DNA of 64,000 nucleotides from an uncultured delta proteobacterium (GCA_963778115.1 CAVZSV010000004.1:2336001-2400000); one strand, 5' to 3'; counted from the stretch's first letter, positions 8,446-20,223 are shown. Numbers and translations are program-made. Notes: generated from the letters alone by a model not told the origin.

Positions 8446-10977
8446 ATGCGAGGGAAGCACCTCATTTTCGTCTCTTTCCTCGTCGTAATTTCGGCCTGTA
8501 CCAAGCCTATTCCCATCCCAGAACTACCCCAGGGTCCGAATCCGGCGGGGGCAATTATTCTTTCCGATACGCTGTCGGCGGCTGACATTCGTACGCTCTT
8601 TGCCGTGCTCAACCAAAAGGGCGCACTTAATTTCTTAGCTCCCCTCTTCAATGGGGCCTCAGACGCCGAGCTTAGCTGGCTTGCGCAGTGGCTCGAGAAA
8701 TATCTATACCGTCCGAGCGGCTCTGATAGTGATTTGGCGAAGTTTTTGCTACAGGCGACCGCGTCACAGAGATTTTCCAAGCTTCTTTCGCTAATTCAAT
8801 GGTGGAAAACCCAGCCCGAATTTAATACGGAACGCGAGGGACTTTTTGCTTTCTTAAATCATCCCGAAGCTCCCCTTCTTATCGAGCACGACATCGAATT
8901 ATTGGATCCCGATTGGATCGGGATCGTTCGAGAATTAAGAAAAAGTTCGGATGCCAGATTCACCCCTTTGGCCGCTACGGCCCTTTCTTCTCAGCTGGCA
9001 AAACCGCCTCAAGACGTCACCGGAAAAGAGATCGTTGGTGACCTTGTTTCGGTCCTAGGTACGCCGGAAACACAAAAGTCGATGTCTGATCTTATCTGCG
9101 TCATGGATAGCCATTACGCGGGAAATAGTTTTTTGCGTGGTATTAGTTTGATGTCGGATAAATACCAGTCACTGGCTCCGCAGGGGTTTCAATTAGCAAT
9201 TCGTCAAATGTTACTTACCCAGCTCAAGGCGGGAGAGTCCGCTCCCGGAATCCGCAATCAGCTCGATCTCTCCCTCTTCTTTGCCGCAAGCGCCAACCAA
9301 AGTACGCAAGGGCTCTTCACGGCCCTACAGACTCAACTCAGGGAGCGGAAAAATTTAACACCGGCCGTCGTCCAGCAATTACAACCGTTCGTCGCAAATG
9401 CGATTTCAGGTCTGATGAGAGAAAAATTGATCGAAGCCTTTTCCACTGCACCTCAAGATTTTTGGAAGACCGTGTCGTCGGCGGGTCCGAGTGACTCCTT
9501 TAAGCAGATATATAGCGAGGTCTTGGCGGTACTGACTTCGTTTGTGGCTTTGAAAAGCGATACGGTAGAAAATTTTTCCAATAACTTCCCCATCTATCTG
9601 AACGCCATCGCCATTACGAAATGGATTGAAGCTCAGGTCTCTACCGATGCGACCGCTTTCACTTCCGGCTGGAATCGCGCGATTAAACCAGTGGGGCTTA
9701 CCGTCCCATTCGCCGAGAAAAGCGAACAAGGGGTTCTCACCTTTCCACAAGAGACTTTAATGAAGGGTTTAGGATTAGATAACTTCGCGAAAGCATTCGC
9801 CGATAAGGTTTCGAAAAGCACTCAAGCCCCAGAAAATATTAACGTCACGTTTGCTTTGTCGGAAGACTCCGTACCCCTGCGCCAGTCGCTAAAGGAGGCG
9901 GTTCAGCAGTCGCTTACGGCGCGGCCTTTAGGGGATCCCACACCCGTGGTCGAATCGGCATTCTATTTCCTAACCCACCCTTCGCCGGGAAATCCCATTT
10001 CGCTAGAAAATTTCGAGTCGGACAATCTGATGGATTCTTTTAACCGCTGGGTTGGGTTTCTTCCTCTAGCTCAATTGAGACAGGTGAAGCGTCTAGTTTT
10101 TGACGATCTCGGTCTCGCAGGGCTTGGTCCCGAGGATCGAAAAGGGATTCTTGGCTGGTTACCGGGGGACAGTGACATAGATCAACGCCGACGAGTGATG
10201 GTTAATAATCTATTGATCTCAGCGAAAGCTTTGGTGGCCTTGGATCAACCGGTCGCTACCGGAGTCCCCTCGGTATTGGAAGTTTACCAAGCGGTGGCAA
10301 ACTATGCCGGCTCCGATGTGACATGGCTTTCGCAGGTGCTTTCGGTAATCTCCAAGACAGCACTGGTTCGGGAAGCCCCTTCTCCCATCGATGGGAAATT
10401 GGCGCCCCGATTTCCCGGCGTTTATAAAGGGATTCAAAGTCCGGTCATAGCGCGCTGGATGGATCGTTTCTCGCTCGTGCGCTCCGAAGATCGCCCCCTC
10501 ATATTTCGACCCTTCGCGCGTGCCTTTGACACGCTCAAAGGACAAACCAAATCGGGGGTTACCATTCACAGTGATGTCTTCTTAGATATTGCCGCTTCCC
10601 AAAGACAGGGGATGGAAGCTTGGGCTGATCGCATTTTACAAGCTTGGTTCAAAGAGCCGAGCCCGACCGATACTGAGTGGGATGTCCAGTGGATTCCCTA
10701 CTCGGCTCTGTACGCGATGGTGGAAAACCACGACCACCAGAAAATCTTAACTTTCTTCAAAGGGCATCTTTCCCGCAAACAGGCGACTGACCTAATCAGC
10801 CAGCTTAGACAGATGTCTTCGAACGGTGAACTTTCCCGAATTTTTGATTTGATGAAGTTGATGCAAGACGACCAGAATCGAATGAAGGCCCTAGGAGCGG
10901 CTCTGGGAGAGTGGCAGAAAAGCGGCGAATTGCGGGCATTTTTGGACGCCATCCTTCTCACTTTGAGCAACGATTAG
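8446..10977 (+). CDS. Large hypothetical lipoprotein
   Basis: 843-aa ORF, lipobox VISAC, helical-looking composition, no recognisable motif. Confidence 0.75.
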   Translation: MRGKHLIFVSFLVVISACTKPIPIPELPQGPNPAGAIILSDTLSAADIRTLFAVLNQKGALNFLAPLFNGASDAELSWLAQWLEKYLYRPSGSDSDLAKFLLQATASQRFSKLLSLIQWWKTQPEFNTEREGLFAFLNHPEAPLLIEHDIELLDPDWIGIVRELRKSSDARFTPLAATALSSQLAKPPQDVTGKEIVGDLVSVLGTPETQKSMSDLICVMDSHYAGNSFLRGISLMSDKYQSLAPQGFQLAIRQMLLTQLKAGESAPGIRNQLDLSLFFAASANQSTQGLFTALQTQLRERKNLTPAVVQQLQPFVANAISGLMREKLIEAFSTAPQDFWKTVSSAGPSDSFKQIYSEVLAVLTSFVALKSDTVENFSNNFPIYLNAIAITKWIEAQVSTDATAFTSGWNRAIKPVGLTVPFAEKSEQGVLTFPQETLMKGLGLDNFAKAFADKVSKSTQAPENINVTFALSEDSVPLRQSLKEAVQQSLTARPLGDPTPVVESAFYFLTHPSPGNPISLENFESDNLMDSFNRWVGFLPLAQLRQVKRLVFDDLGLAGLGPEDRKGILGWLPGDSDIDQRRRVMVNNLLISAKALVALDQPVATGVPSVLEVYQAVANYAGSDVTWLSQVLSVISKTALVREAPSPIDGKLAPRFPGVYKGIQSPVIARWMDRFSLVRSEDRPLIFRPFARAFDTLKGQTKSGVTIHSDVFLDIAASQRQGMEAWADRILQAWFKEPSPTDTEWDVQWIPYSALYAMVENHDHQKILTFFKGHLSRKQATDLISQLRQMSSNGELSRIFDLMKLMQDDQNRMKALGAALGEWQKSGELRAFLDAILLTLSND

Positions 10978-11079
10978 TCTACCCGAACTTCCTTGAATTT
11001 ATGGCCTTTCGGTTTTATCTTTGCGGCGGTCGATTTGCTCTCGTTTGGGGATTGTTTGGTTTTTCTTGGGAGGAATTTC

Positions 11080-12057
11080 GTGGCGTTAAGGCTCATTTTA
11101 GGTCTCTCATTATTGACATTACTAGGGCTTGTGACCGGTCGTGCCTATTCGCTTCCTATGGCAGGAACTCAGTTTCCCGAGCGTGGTGAAGTTCTTAAGT
11201 CATTTGAAACGAAATACAAGAAACCTATCGACGCCTTTTTTTCCGCGCGCGATAACAATGCCTCCTTGTCGGCCTGTCGTGCTTCGCTTGCGGCGGCGAT
11301 GAATGCTTATTCAGCGGCCGAGCTGGAAAGGGACGCCGATGAGATGGCTCGCATCATGGGCGGAGACGGGGCAAGTTCGGAAACACCTTTGATGGATTTG
11401 ATGCAGCAATGCGGTCCTTGTGTGGCAAGCGTCGATAATGTTTCGGGGGCCGTGTATGCTTCCGACGGTTGGTGTCGTTTGGATAGCGCCACTGCCGATG
11501 TGATGAAAGCGACCGTAGATAAAGCAAAAGACTTTCTTATTAATTTGAAAAATTACCCCTCGGAAAACGGCGGCTTCAATTACGTTCTTAACTTCGATGG
11601 AGTAACGGCCGATGGAAAGGCCATGGACAATGCCGTGGTACTGCCGGCACCCGAAGTGACGACTGCCTGGGTTGCCGTGCGTTCGCTTTTCCAAAGCGCC
11701 TTCGGTTACTTCGGGGACTGCATGTTTAAGGATTCTCCCGATTCCGATCCGGTGAGAAGCTTTATGCTGACTTTTGCCCGCTCGACCAACACCAAACTAA
11801 CCGCACCCAAATCGATTATCGATCCGGAAACTCAAAAGCGGGTAAACGTTTTCGCCGTGGGTGATGTTCGAGGGCTATGGTTAATCGATTCGGAAAGAAA
11901 CGTGCACTATTTTACCAAGGCCGATTTCGGAAAACTCGGAGCGATAGCAGGCGGGCTTTTCGACCTAAAAGATTACGCTAGGCGCGTTCTCATGGATACG
12001 ATGTTCCATCTTTATCGACTGATTACGCCTCGCCCTGTCGCTCAGGAGGCCAAGTGA
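11080..12057 (+). CDS. Hypothetical secreted protein
   Basis: GTG 11080 after GGAGG; hydrophobic signal ending AYS; several Cys; stop overlaps purB start (GTGA). Confidence 0.7.
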   Translation: MALRLILGLSLLTLLGLVTGRAYSLPMAGTQFPERGEVLKSFETKYKKPIDAFFSARDNNASLSACRASLAAAMNAYSAAELERDADEMARIMGGDGASSETPLMDLMQQCGPCVASVDNVSGAVYASDGWCRLDSATADVMKATVDKAKDFLINLKNYPSENGGFNYVLNFDGVTADGKAMDNAVVLPAPEVTTAWVAVRSLFQSAFGYFGDCMFKDSPDSDPVRSFMLTFARSTNTKLTAPKSIIDPETQKRVNVFAVGDVRGLWLIDSERNVHYFTKADFGKLGAIAGGLFDLKDYARRVLMDTMFHLYRLITPRPVAQEAK

Positions 12058-13346
12058 TCGCTCGGTACAGCCGACCGAAGATGGCCCAAATTTGGTCCGA
12101 AGAAGCACAATTTCGAACGTGGTTGGATATTGAAGTCCTAGCGTGTGAGGGATGGGCAAAGCTCGGCAAGATTCCCGAAGCCGACATGAAGACGATTCGG
12201 GCCAAAGCTAACTTCGATTTAGCCAAAGTTCTTGAGATTGAAAAAGAGACGAAGCACGACTTGGCGGCTTTCGTGTCCAACGTTCAAAGCCATGTGGGAG
12301 AGGCTGGCCGTTTCATTCACTTGGGGCTAACCAGTAGTGACATTGTAGACACTGCCCTCTCTTATCGCCTTAAGCGTTCCGGAGAATTAATTCTAGAAAC
12401 GCTCAAGCCCTGCTTGGACGTCACTCGAGAACGGGCTTTGAAGGAGAAGGACATTCCCATGATTGGCCGCACTCACGGCATTCATGCAGAGCCCACCACC
12501 ATGGGAACGAAATGGCTTCTGTGGCATGACCTGCTAAAAAGATGTTCCGAGCGTCTACACGTGGCTATTCGTGAAATCTCGGTGGGAAAATTATCGGGGG
12601 CTGTCGGAAACTACGCGCATATTCCTCCTGAAGTCGAAGCCTTTGTCTGCGAAAAGTTGGGACTAAAACCAGACTCGCTATCGACCCAAGTCATCGCTCG
12701 CGATAGGCACGCGGCTTACTTTTCAGCGCTGGGGATCTTAGGTAGCGCGGTGGAGACGATAGCGGTCGAACTTAGACACCTTCAACGAACTGAAGTCGGT
12801 GAAGTGCGCGAAGGTTTTACTAAAGGGCAAAAGGGATCTTCAGCCATGCCGCATAAGCGCAATCCTATTAGCGCCGAAAACCTTACCGGGCTTGCCCGTC
12901 TGCTGCGATCGATGGTGATCCCAGCGATGGAAAATTGTGCTTTATGGCACGAGCGCGACATCAGCCACTCTTCGGTCGAGCGGGTGATCGCTCCGGATGG
13001 GAATATTTTGGCAGACTACATGCTGGCTCGTTTGCATGGTCTGTTGGAGAAACTAGAGATCTTCCCTGAGCGAATGAAGCGTAATTTGGATCAACTCCAC
13101 GGAGTTGTCTTCTCCCAGCGAGTGCTATTGCAGCTGATTGACGCCGGGATGAGTCGAGATGAAGCCTACGAAATTGTTCAGAAAAATGCCCTTGCCGCTA
13201 TGGACAGGTCCGAACCCCTATTGAAGCTCCTTAAGGCAGACCCGAAAGTAGCAAAAGTGCTTCCCCAAAATGCTTTGGATATGTTATTTGAACCGCGTCA
13301 CTATTTTAAGCATCTCGACTACTTATATAAGAAAGTACTGGGCTGA
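12054..13346 (+). CDS. purB: Adenylosuccinate lyase
   Basis: MIARYSRP, HLGLTSSD, GRTHGIHAEPTT, GSSAMPHKRNP signature. Confidence 0.98.
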   Translation: MIARYSRPKMAQIWSEEAQFRTWLDIEVLACEGWAKLGKIPEADMKTIRAKANFDLAKVLEIEKETKHDLAAFVSNVQSHVGEAGRFIHLGLTSSDIVDTALSYRLKRSGELILETLKPCLDVTRERALKEKDIPMIGRTHGIHAEPTTMGTKWLLWHDLLKRCSERLHVAIREISVGKLSGAVGNYAHIPPEVEAFVCEKLGLKPDSLSTQVIARDRHAAYFSALGILGSAVETIAVELRHLQRTEVGEVREGFTKGQKGSSAMPHKRNPISAENLTGLARLLRSMVIPAMENCALWHERDISHSSVERVIAPDGNILADYMLARLHGLLEKLEIFPERMKRNLDQLHGVVFSQRVLLQLIDAGMSRDEAYEIVQKNALAAMDRSEPLLKLLKADPKVAKVLPQNALDMLFEPRHYFKHLDYLYKKVLG

Positions 13347-13434
13347 ACCGGGTTGAGCTGAGCCGACGTAGCGAAGTCGAATTCGATATTTTCCGGCGCG
13401 TTTTTATTAGGCACTCTTATTCCTTGAGGCGGAA

Positions 13435-14172
13435 ATGACTCAGGTAAAAAAGTTGTCCCAAATCCGAGAAGGCAAAGCGAAGATTCTGTTCGCGACCGAC
13501 CAGCCTAGCGACCTTATCATCCAATATTTCAAAGACGACGCGACTGCTTTTAATGCCTTGAAAAAGGGTCAGATCAAAGACAAAGGCATTTTGAACAACA
13601 CCGTGTCGGGTTGGGTATTTCGTTACTTGGAAAAAAAGGGAATTCCCACCCATTTCGTGGACCAGCTTTCTGATCGCGAAATGTTGGTGCGTAAAGTAGA
13701 AATCATTCCGGTTGAAATAGTCGTGCGAAATCGGGCCGCCGGAAGTATCTGCAAACGATTGGGAGTCGAAAAAGGAATGACTTTTTCTTCTCCTCTACTC
13801 GAATACTTTTATAAGTCGGACGCTCTGGGGGATCCCTTGATCGGCGAGACCCATATCGCTCTTTTTAAGTGGGCGACACCTGAGGAGCTTTCCGAAATTG
13901 GTAAATTTGCTTTTCAAGTAAATTCCATCCTTCAGGGGGTATTCAACGAAATTGGTTTAGAGCTCATAGATTTTAAGCTTGAGTTTGGCCGTTTGGCTGA
14001 TGGCAAGGTGGTTTTGGCCGATGAGTTTACTCCGGACGGATGTCGACTTTGGGATCGCAAAACGGGTGAGCCGATGGACAAAGACAGATTCCGTCAGGAT
14101 CTAGGCGGGGTCGAAGAGGCTTATAAAGAGGTTTTTGAAAGACTTCAGAAATTTTTCCAAGGAAAATTGTGA
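13435..14172 (+). CDS. purC: SAICAR synthase
   Basis: [50 protein letters not shown]. Confidence 0.98.
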   Translation: MTQVKKLSQIREGKAKILFATDQPSDLIIQYFKDDATAFNALKKGQIKDKGILNNTVSGWVFRYLEKKGIPTHFVDQLSDREMLVRKVEIIPVEIVVRNRAAGSICKRLGVEKGMTFSSPLLEYFYKSDALGDPLIGETHIALFKWATPEELSEIGKFAFQVNSILQGVFNEIGLELIDFKLEFGRLADGKVVLADEFTPDGCRLWDRKTGEPMDKDRFRQDLGGVEEAYKEVFERLQKFFQGKL

Positions 14173-14197
14173 CCCAAAAAGGTGTGAGAGGCATACT

Positions 14198-14443
14198 GTG
14201 AAAGCACGAGTATTTGTTTTCTATAAGGACTCGGTATTTGATCCCCAAGGGAACACTTTGGCCGATTCCCTTCGGCGAGTCGGATTTGCCAAGGTTAAAG
14301 CAGTCCGCGTCGGCAAAGTGATCGACATGGAGATGGAATCCGCCAATCGAGACGAAGCTAAACGCGATCTGCAGAAAATGTGCGAACAGCTCTTGGCTAA
14401 TCCCGTAATTGAATCCTTTAAGTACGAAGTGCTTGAGGGATAG
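14198..14443 (+). CDS. purS: Phosphoribosylformylglycinamidine synthase subunit PurS
   Basis: VFDPQG, VRVGK, MCEQLLANPVIE; GTG start at 14198 after GAGG. Confidence 0.95.
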   Translation: MKARVFVFYKDSVFDPQGNTLADSLRRVGFAKVKAVRVGKVIDMEMESANRDEAKRDLQKMCEQLLANPVIESFKYEVLEG

Positions 14444-14445
14444 CG

Positions 14446-15132
14446 ATGAAAGCAGCCGTCATCACATTTCCTGGATCCAATTGCGATGATGATCTCGTTC
14501 ACGCTCTGACGACTTCGGGTGAATTCTCGGTGACCCGATTGTGGCACAAGGACGAAACGGATCTCTCCTCTTTTGATCTTATCGGCCTTCCCGGCGGCTT
14601 TTCCTACGGGGATTATCTACGGTGTGGCGCCATCGCGGCACTTTCTCCCATCATGCAAAAAGTTAAAGAATTTGCCCATTCCGGTGGCTATGTCATCGGC
14701 CTTTGCAACGGCTTTCAGATGTTGTGTGAGCTGGGCCTGCTTCCTGGAGCTTTGGCTCGCAACGAAAGCCTGCTTTTTGTTTGCAAGGATACTCCCATGA
14801 AAGTCCTGGCGACAACAACCCCTTGGACTAACGAATATAAAGAGACGGAAACCATAACGCTTCCCATCGCTCATGGAGACGGAAGGTATGTAATCTCCGA
14901 AGACGAATACCAAGCGATGTTAACTCGCGGTCAGATTGTCTTGCAGTATACCGAAGTCGACGGAAAACCTAGCCCCAATGGCAGCGTTCATGCGATTGCT
15001 GGAGTTTGCAATTTGGAGAAAAACGTCTTTGGCATGATGCCGCATCCGGAGCGGGCTACCGACTTAAGGTCAAAGGACGGAATGAAGATTTGGAAGTCGA
15101 TAGCAAAAGCCATTAAAGAGAAGACCGCATGA
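14446..15132 (+). CDS. purQ: Phosphoribosylformylglycinamidine synthase subunit PurQ
   Basis: [43 protein letters not shown]. Confidence 0.97.
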   Translation: MKAAVITFPGSNCDDDLVHALTTSGEFSVTRLWHKDETDLSSFDLIGLPGGFSYGDYLRCGAIAALSPIMQKVKEFAHSGGYVIGLCNGFQMLCELGLLPGALARNESLLFVCKDTPMKVLATTTPWTNEYKETETITLPIAHGDGRYVISEDEYQAMLTRGQIVLQYTEVDGKPSPNGSVHAIAGVCNLEKNVFGMMPHPERATDLRSKDGMKIWKSIAKAIKEKTA

Positions 15133-17367
15133 AGCCCATTCCCGATACGGAAATAGCAACTTTAGAAATGGCAAAGTCGATAGGTCTGACCACCGAAGAG
15201 TTCAACCATGTCTGTCGGAAATTAGAGCGTAAACCTAACTTTGCGGAACTCGGAATTTTCTCGGCTATGTTTTCCGAACATTGTAGTTACAAGTCCTCTA
15301 GAAAATATTTTAAGCGCTTTCCCACGACGGGAAATCGAGTGCTTCAGGGGCCGGGCGAAAATGCCGGTGTCTTGAGCATAGGTGAAGGTTGGGCCGTGGC
15401 CTTTAAGATGGAAAGCCATAACCATCCTTCCTTCATTGAACCCTACCAAGGGGCGGCAACCGGGGTCGGCGGAATTTTGCGAGATATCTTCACCATGGGG
15501 GCAAGGCCAATCGCTTCGATGAATGCCCTCTCCTTCGGCTCTTTTGACGTCGAGAAGGGGAGATATCTGGTTCGTGGTGTCGTAAAGGGAATCGGGCATT
15601 ACGGCAATTGCGTTGGGGTTCCTACCGTTTCGGGTCAGACTTTTTTTCATCCCTGCTATAACCAAAATCCCTTGGTGAATGCTTTCACGCTAGGACTCTT
15701 GCGAGAAGACAAAGATCTTCCGCGGGGCGGCCTCGGGAATTGGAAACATTGTAGTCTATGTCGGCTCCAAGACAGGCAGAGACGGGGTTCACGGGGCCAC
15801 GATGGCTTCGCGCGAGTTCTCAACGGATAAAGAGTTAGAGCGTCCGACTGTTCAAGTGGGCGATCCCTTCACCGAAAAACTTCTTCTGGAAGCGACGTTG
15901 GAAGCGATGGAGTCGGGACTTATCGTCGGCATTCAAGACATGGGTGCCGCTGGACTGACTTCTTCTAGCTTCGAGATGGCTTATCGAGCAAAGAATGGGC
16001 TTGAGATCGAACTGGACAAAGTTCCGGTTCGCGAAACTGCCATGACCGCTTACGAATTGTTGCTTTCGGAATCTCAAGAGAGAATGCTCTTGGTCACGGA
16101 ACCCCGTCATTGGGATGCCCTAAAAAAGGTCTTTGAGAAGTGGGATCTGCATGCCGAGATTATCGGTAAGGTCGTGGAAGGCAGCAAAGTTAAGATGTGG
16201 TTTCACGGCGAGCAAGTGGTCGATGTACCGGTTGATCTGGTCACCGACCCTCCCATGGCCGACAGAGCGAAAGCGGCTCCTTCCGATCTCAAGCAACGCT
16301 GGTTTATCGATCGCAATCGGATGATTGTTGCGCCCCTCGACAAGAAATTTCAGGCCGTATTTGAAGACATGGCCTTTGCCGATGCGACTCCTTTAGTACA
16401 GCAGTACGATTCGATGGTGGGAAACCGCACGATGGGCGGAACTTTCGACGATGGTGCCGTGATTCGAGTTCGAGATTGCGACTCTAAAGCTATCAAGTTA
16501 GTGCTCAGTAGCGATTGCAATCCGCGTGTTTGCTGGCTCTCGCCCCGAGAAGGGGGAAGGCGGGCAGTCGCCGAAGCGGCTATCAACGTAGCTGTCAGAG
16601 GTGCTGAGCCCATCGGCATTACTGATTGTCTCAATTACGGAAGCCCGGAAAATCCTGAAGTCATGTGGCAATTTGAAGAGTCCATCGAGGGGATTTCGGA
16701 AGCTTGTGAAGCTCTAAAGACGCCCGTGGTTTCGGGAAATGTGAGTTTCTATAATGAAACGGATAACCGGCCCATCTACCCCACTCCCATGATCGGCATG
16801 GTTGGGATTATGGAAGGAGAAGAGCGACTCATTCAATCATCGTTCTTCAATACTAGTTTGGAGCTGGGTCTTATCGGCATCCTAGAAGGGGGTCTGGGAG
16901 GGTCGGTGCTTGCGCATCATTGGTTTAAGCGCGACTGTGGCAAGCCCGACGACACTGATATGAGTGCTATCGAGAGAACGATCCGCTTTTGTCAGAGGCT
17001 AAGAAAGAAAAGATTTCCCGTGGCCCTTCATGACATCTCCGACGGAGGACTTGTTACCGCCGCTTTAGAGATGGTTTTTCGGGCAAAGTTTAAACAGACC
17101 GGTGTTGAGCTTGCGGTTCCGCTCAATACGGATGTGGATCTTTTTCTCTTCGGAGAGACGATTCCGCGTATATTGGTCGCGTACGAGGCGGTGGAGCGGA
17201 CTGAAATCGAAACTCTGGCAAACGGAGCTGGAGTCCCCTTTCATGTCATCGGCAATTCCACTGACCGCTCGCGTTTGACGATCTCACAAGGTGGGGCGAA
17301 GATTCTGGACCTAGACTCACAGCAGTTGAAGAACCAATGGAAGCAGAAGTGGGCTCCTCTTTTTTGA
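15129..17367 (+). CDS. purL: Phosphoribosylformylglycinamidine synthase subunit PurL, interrupted by a one-base frameshift at about 15711
   Basis: The first ORF has [16 protein letters not shown] and GVGGILRD. The second frame continues [48 protein letters not shown]. Deleting one A from 15711-15713 gives one 745-aa ORF. Confidence 0.95.
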
Positions 17368-17402
17368 GGGGCAAAACCGATCTTAGAAAGGAAACTTAAT
17401 TC

Positions 17403-18770
17403 GTGTGTGCCATATTCGGCATCGTAAATCATGAAGAGGCGGCGAATTTGGCCTACTTGGGGCTTCATGCGCTTCAGCATCGAGGCCAAGAGGGGGCCGG
17501 AATTGTTACACACGATGGAAAGATTCCTTATATTCACCGAAAGATGGGCTTAGTGGGTGAAGTCTTCGGCAACGGATCGTTAGCCGCCCTTCAGGGACGA
17601 ACTGCCATTGGGCATACGCGTTACTCGACCACGGGCGGAAATACGGCGGCTAATCTGCAACCTTTGCTTACCCGAAGTTCGTTAGGTTGGGTGTCGATAG
17701 CCCACAACGGAAATTTGGTGAATGCTGCTGAAGTGACCCAAGCGTTGGAACGAGAAGGTTCCATCTTTCAATCGACCAACGATACCGAAGTGATTACCCA
17801 CCTCATTGCTCGCTCGAAAGCTAAAGACCTTCCCACAGCACTGGTGACCGCCTTGAAGCAGGTGCAAGGTGCCTACTCGCTTCTAGTCATGAACGAAGAG
17901 ATGCTAATTGCCGTAAGAGATCCTTTCGGATTTAGGCCGTTGGTATTAGGGGATTTTCGAGGAAGTCCGGTCCTAGCCAGTGAAACGTGTGCTTTTGATT
18001 TGATAGGGGCCTCTTACGTTAGAGAGATCGAGCCTGGTGAGATGGTAGTCTTTTCGGCGGATAGCTCTTTTGAACCCATATCTAGTTTTCCCTTCGGAAA
18101 AACCGATGCTCGCCGGTGTGTTTTCGAATACATCTACTTTGCCCGTCCCGATAGTCTTCTGTACGGCAAGAATGTTCATGAGATGAGAAAGCAGCTGGGG
18201 CGGCAGCTAGCCAAAGAGTGCCCAGCGATTGGTGCCGACTTAGTGATTCCCATTCCAGATTCCGGAGTTCCGGCGGCTATCGGCTTTGCCGAGCAGGCGG
18301 GCATTCCCTTTGATATGGCTATTATCCGAAGCCATTACATTGGACGCACGTTCATCGAGCCGAAACAGTCCATTCGTGATTTCGGAGTTAAGTTAAAGCT
18401 CAACCCTGTCAGCGAATGCGTTAACGGCAAGAGTGTGGTCATTGTCGACGATAGCTTGGTTCGAGGAACGACGTCGAAGAAGTTAATCCGCCACTTACGA
18501 GAAGCGGGGGCCCGGGAAGTTCATATGCGCATCTCAGCTCCTCCGACGACTAATTCCTGTTTTTACGGAATTGATACTCCGACACGTAAGGAATTGGTGG
18601 CGTCGTCTCAGGATGTGGAATCGATCCGCCAATTCATCGGGGCCGATTCGTTGGGCTACATTAGCTTGGAAGGCCTGATGGAGTGCTCCAAACAGCCGAC
18701 GGGTGGCTACTGCCATGCTTGTTTCTCCGGAAAATATCCGACCCCAATTGATGCCTCGCAGATGATTTAG
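17403..18770 (+). CDS. purF: Amidophosphoribosyltransferase (Fe-S type)
   Basis: N-terminal Cys nucleophile, LQHRGQE, GHTRYST, VDDSLVRGTT PRPP motif; Fe-S Cys in CVFEYIY, SCFYG, CHAC. Confidence 0.98.
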   Translation: MCAIFGIVNHEEAANLAYLGLHALQHRGQEGAGIVTHDGKIPYIHRKMGLVGEVFGNGSLAALQGRTAIGHTRYSTTGGNTAANLQPLLTRSSLGWVSIAHNGNLVNAAEVTQALEREGSIFQSTNDTEVITHLIARSKAKDLPTALVTALKQVQGAYSLLVMNEEMLIAVRDPFGFRPLVLGDFRGSPVLASETCAFDLIGASYVREIEPGEMVVFSADSSFEPISSFPFGKTDARRCVFEYIYFARPDSLLYGKNVHEMRKQLGRQLAKECPAIGADLVIPIPDSGVPAAIGFAEQAGIPFDMAIIRSHYIGRTFIEPKQSIRDFGVKLKLNPVSECVNGKSVVIVDDSLVRGTTSKKLIRHLREAGAREVHMRISAPPTTNSCFYGIDTPTRKELVASSQDVESIRQFIGADSLGYISLEGLMECSKQPTGGYCHACFSGKYPTPIDASQMI

Positions 18771-18835
18771 TTTTTTAAACGTCAGTGCCCGTAATACTTA
18801 CCGGTTGCTTCGTCGCATAAGGGGCTCTTCATACT

Positions 18836-19999
18836 TCACTCCACAAACTTATGCTTCCTAAGCAAACCCTTCACCCTCTGTGGTGGCAACTGATACGCGA
18901 TATTCCCGTCTCTCCCCTCGACAGTCTTTGCGGCCAACAAAGAATTTAAAGCCGCTTCTTCCGTCGCTTCCACCACGGCTTCAAAGAGATTATTCATCGA
19001 GGAGTTCGAAAGAAGGGTCGGGGCATCAAATATTTTTTGCTTATCCGCCTCCTTAAACAGTGTTGCCGTCGAAAAAGCGATAGCAACCTCTCCGCTGCCA
19101 TTGTATCCGACGGTTCCTAGCCTTCCGATTCCAATAAAGGTCCTAAGTGCCAGGCGCGATAACTGTCGGGAATCGAGTGGGGCATCGGTCGCTACAATGA
19201 TGACAGCGGATCCTGCTCCTTTGACTTGTCGCTGGTGTTCGACCGGTAAGAGGTCGGGAATCTCTTTTGCGATTTTAATTCCGTTGATGCGAAAAACGTT
19301 ACGGGTATCGGTTCCTATGTTCATGTTAATGAGGACCCCCAACGTAAATTTCTTCTCTTTCCCATCGAGAGTAATGGGGACTATCCGCGATGCGCTTCCT
19401 ATGCCCGATTTAAAATCGAAAGAGATCATTCCAGTTCCCGCTCCCACTGATCCTTCTTCGAAAGACTCGGAAGCTCTTTCAATGGCTTGGCGGACGTGTT
19501 CCGGCTTTACATGTTGGCCGTTGATATCGTTAAGCGAACTATCGTCACACTCCAAAACTACCGGCATCCAGGCATCTACCGACGGGTGTTTCTGAAGATT
19601 CCATTTGAGAAGCCCGCTCTGAACGGCCGCTACACTTAAGGTGTTGGTAAGCGCTATCGGACTTTCCAAGAGTCCAGATTCATCCAGCCACAATTTTCCA
19701 AGAGCCTCTCCGTTGCCATTAAGAACCGCGGAGCCTGCCATAACCTTCTTTGTCCAAGGATCGGTACTTCCGGGAAGGACCACCGTCACTCCCGTGCGCA
19801 CAGGACCCCTACCGATCGAAAGCTTCCCGGCGCCTGAGTTTAGCGTTACCTGTCCGACCAAAACTCCTTTAACGTCGGTAATAAGATTCAGTCTTCCGGA
19901 GTCGTAGTCGCCGAACTTTAGGCCCAAGGAGGGAGCCTGAAATCCTGCCAAGGTTTGGCCGCAAACGAGATACACAAGAAGCACTAACGATTTGTTCAT
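18836..19999 (-). CDS. DmpA/peptidase S58 (P1) family aminopeptidase, secreted
   Basis: NLITDVKGVLVG, VRTGVTVVLP, PIALTNT, PVVLECDD, EGSVGAGTGM, GS autoprocessing site followed by IVATDAPL, SGEVAIAFST. Confidence 0.9.
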   Translation of the reverse strand: MNKSLVLLVYLVCGQTLAGFQAPSLGLKFGDYDSGRLNLITDVKGVLVGQVTLNSGAGKLSIGRGPVRTGVTVVLPGSTDPWTKKVMAGSAVLNGNGEALGKLWLDESGLLESPIALTNTLSVAAVQSGLLKWNLQKHPSVDAWMPVVLECDDSSLNDINGQHVKPEHVRQAIERASESFEEGSVGAGTGMISFDFKSGIGSASRIVPITLDGKEKKFTLGVLINMNIGTDTRNVFRINGIKIAKEIPDLLPVEHQRQVKGAGSAVIIVATDAPLDSRQLSRLALRTFIGIGRLGTVGYNGSGEVAIAFSTATLFKEADKQKIFDAPTLLSNSSMNNLFEAVVEATEEAALNSLLAAKTVEGRDGNIAYQLPPQRVKGLLRKHKFVE

Positions 20000-20223
20000 C
20001 GGGATGAATTACGCTAATCCGCCATCCCGAGCAATTGCTTTCTACCGCGCGGAAGCGATGCGCCATTTTGGTAATCTCCGGTGAAATTTTACCCGTAATG
20101 TGCCTGCCTCTTGGGGGCATTTCGACACCGCTTGGCATCACTTCCTCTGCTTTTTGGGTACACTTTGGCCACGGCGGGCTCAGCGGCGGGGGAATTTAGG
20201 CTCAAATACGGGAATAACCTACA

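Noticed and set aside
13347..13434. Possible purine riboswitch or repeat between purB and purC (GGGTTGAG also at 1441)
   Set aside because: No purine or ZTP riboswitch core motifs; the shared match is too short
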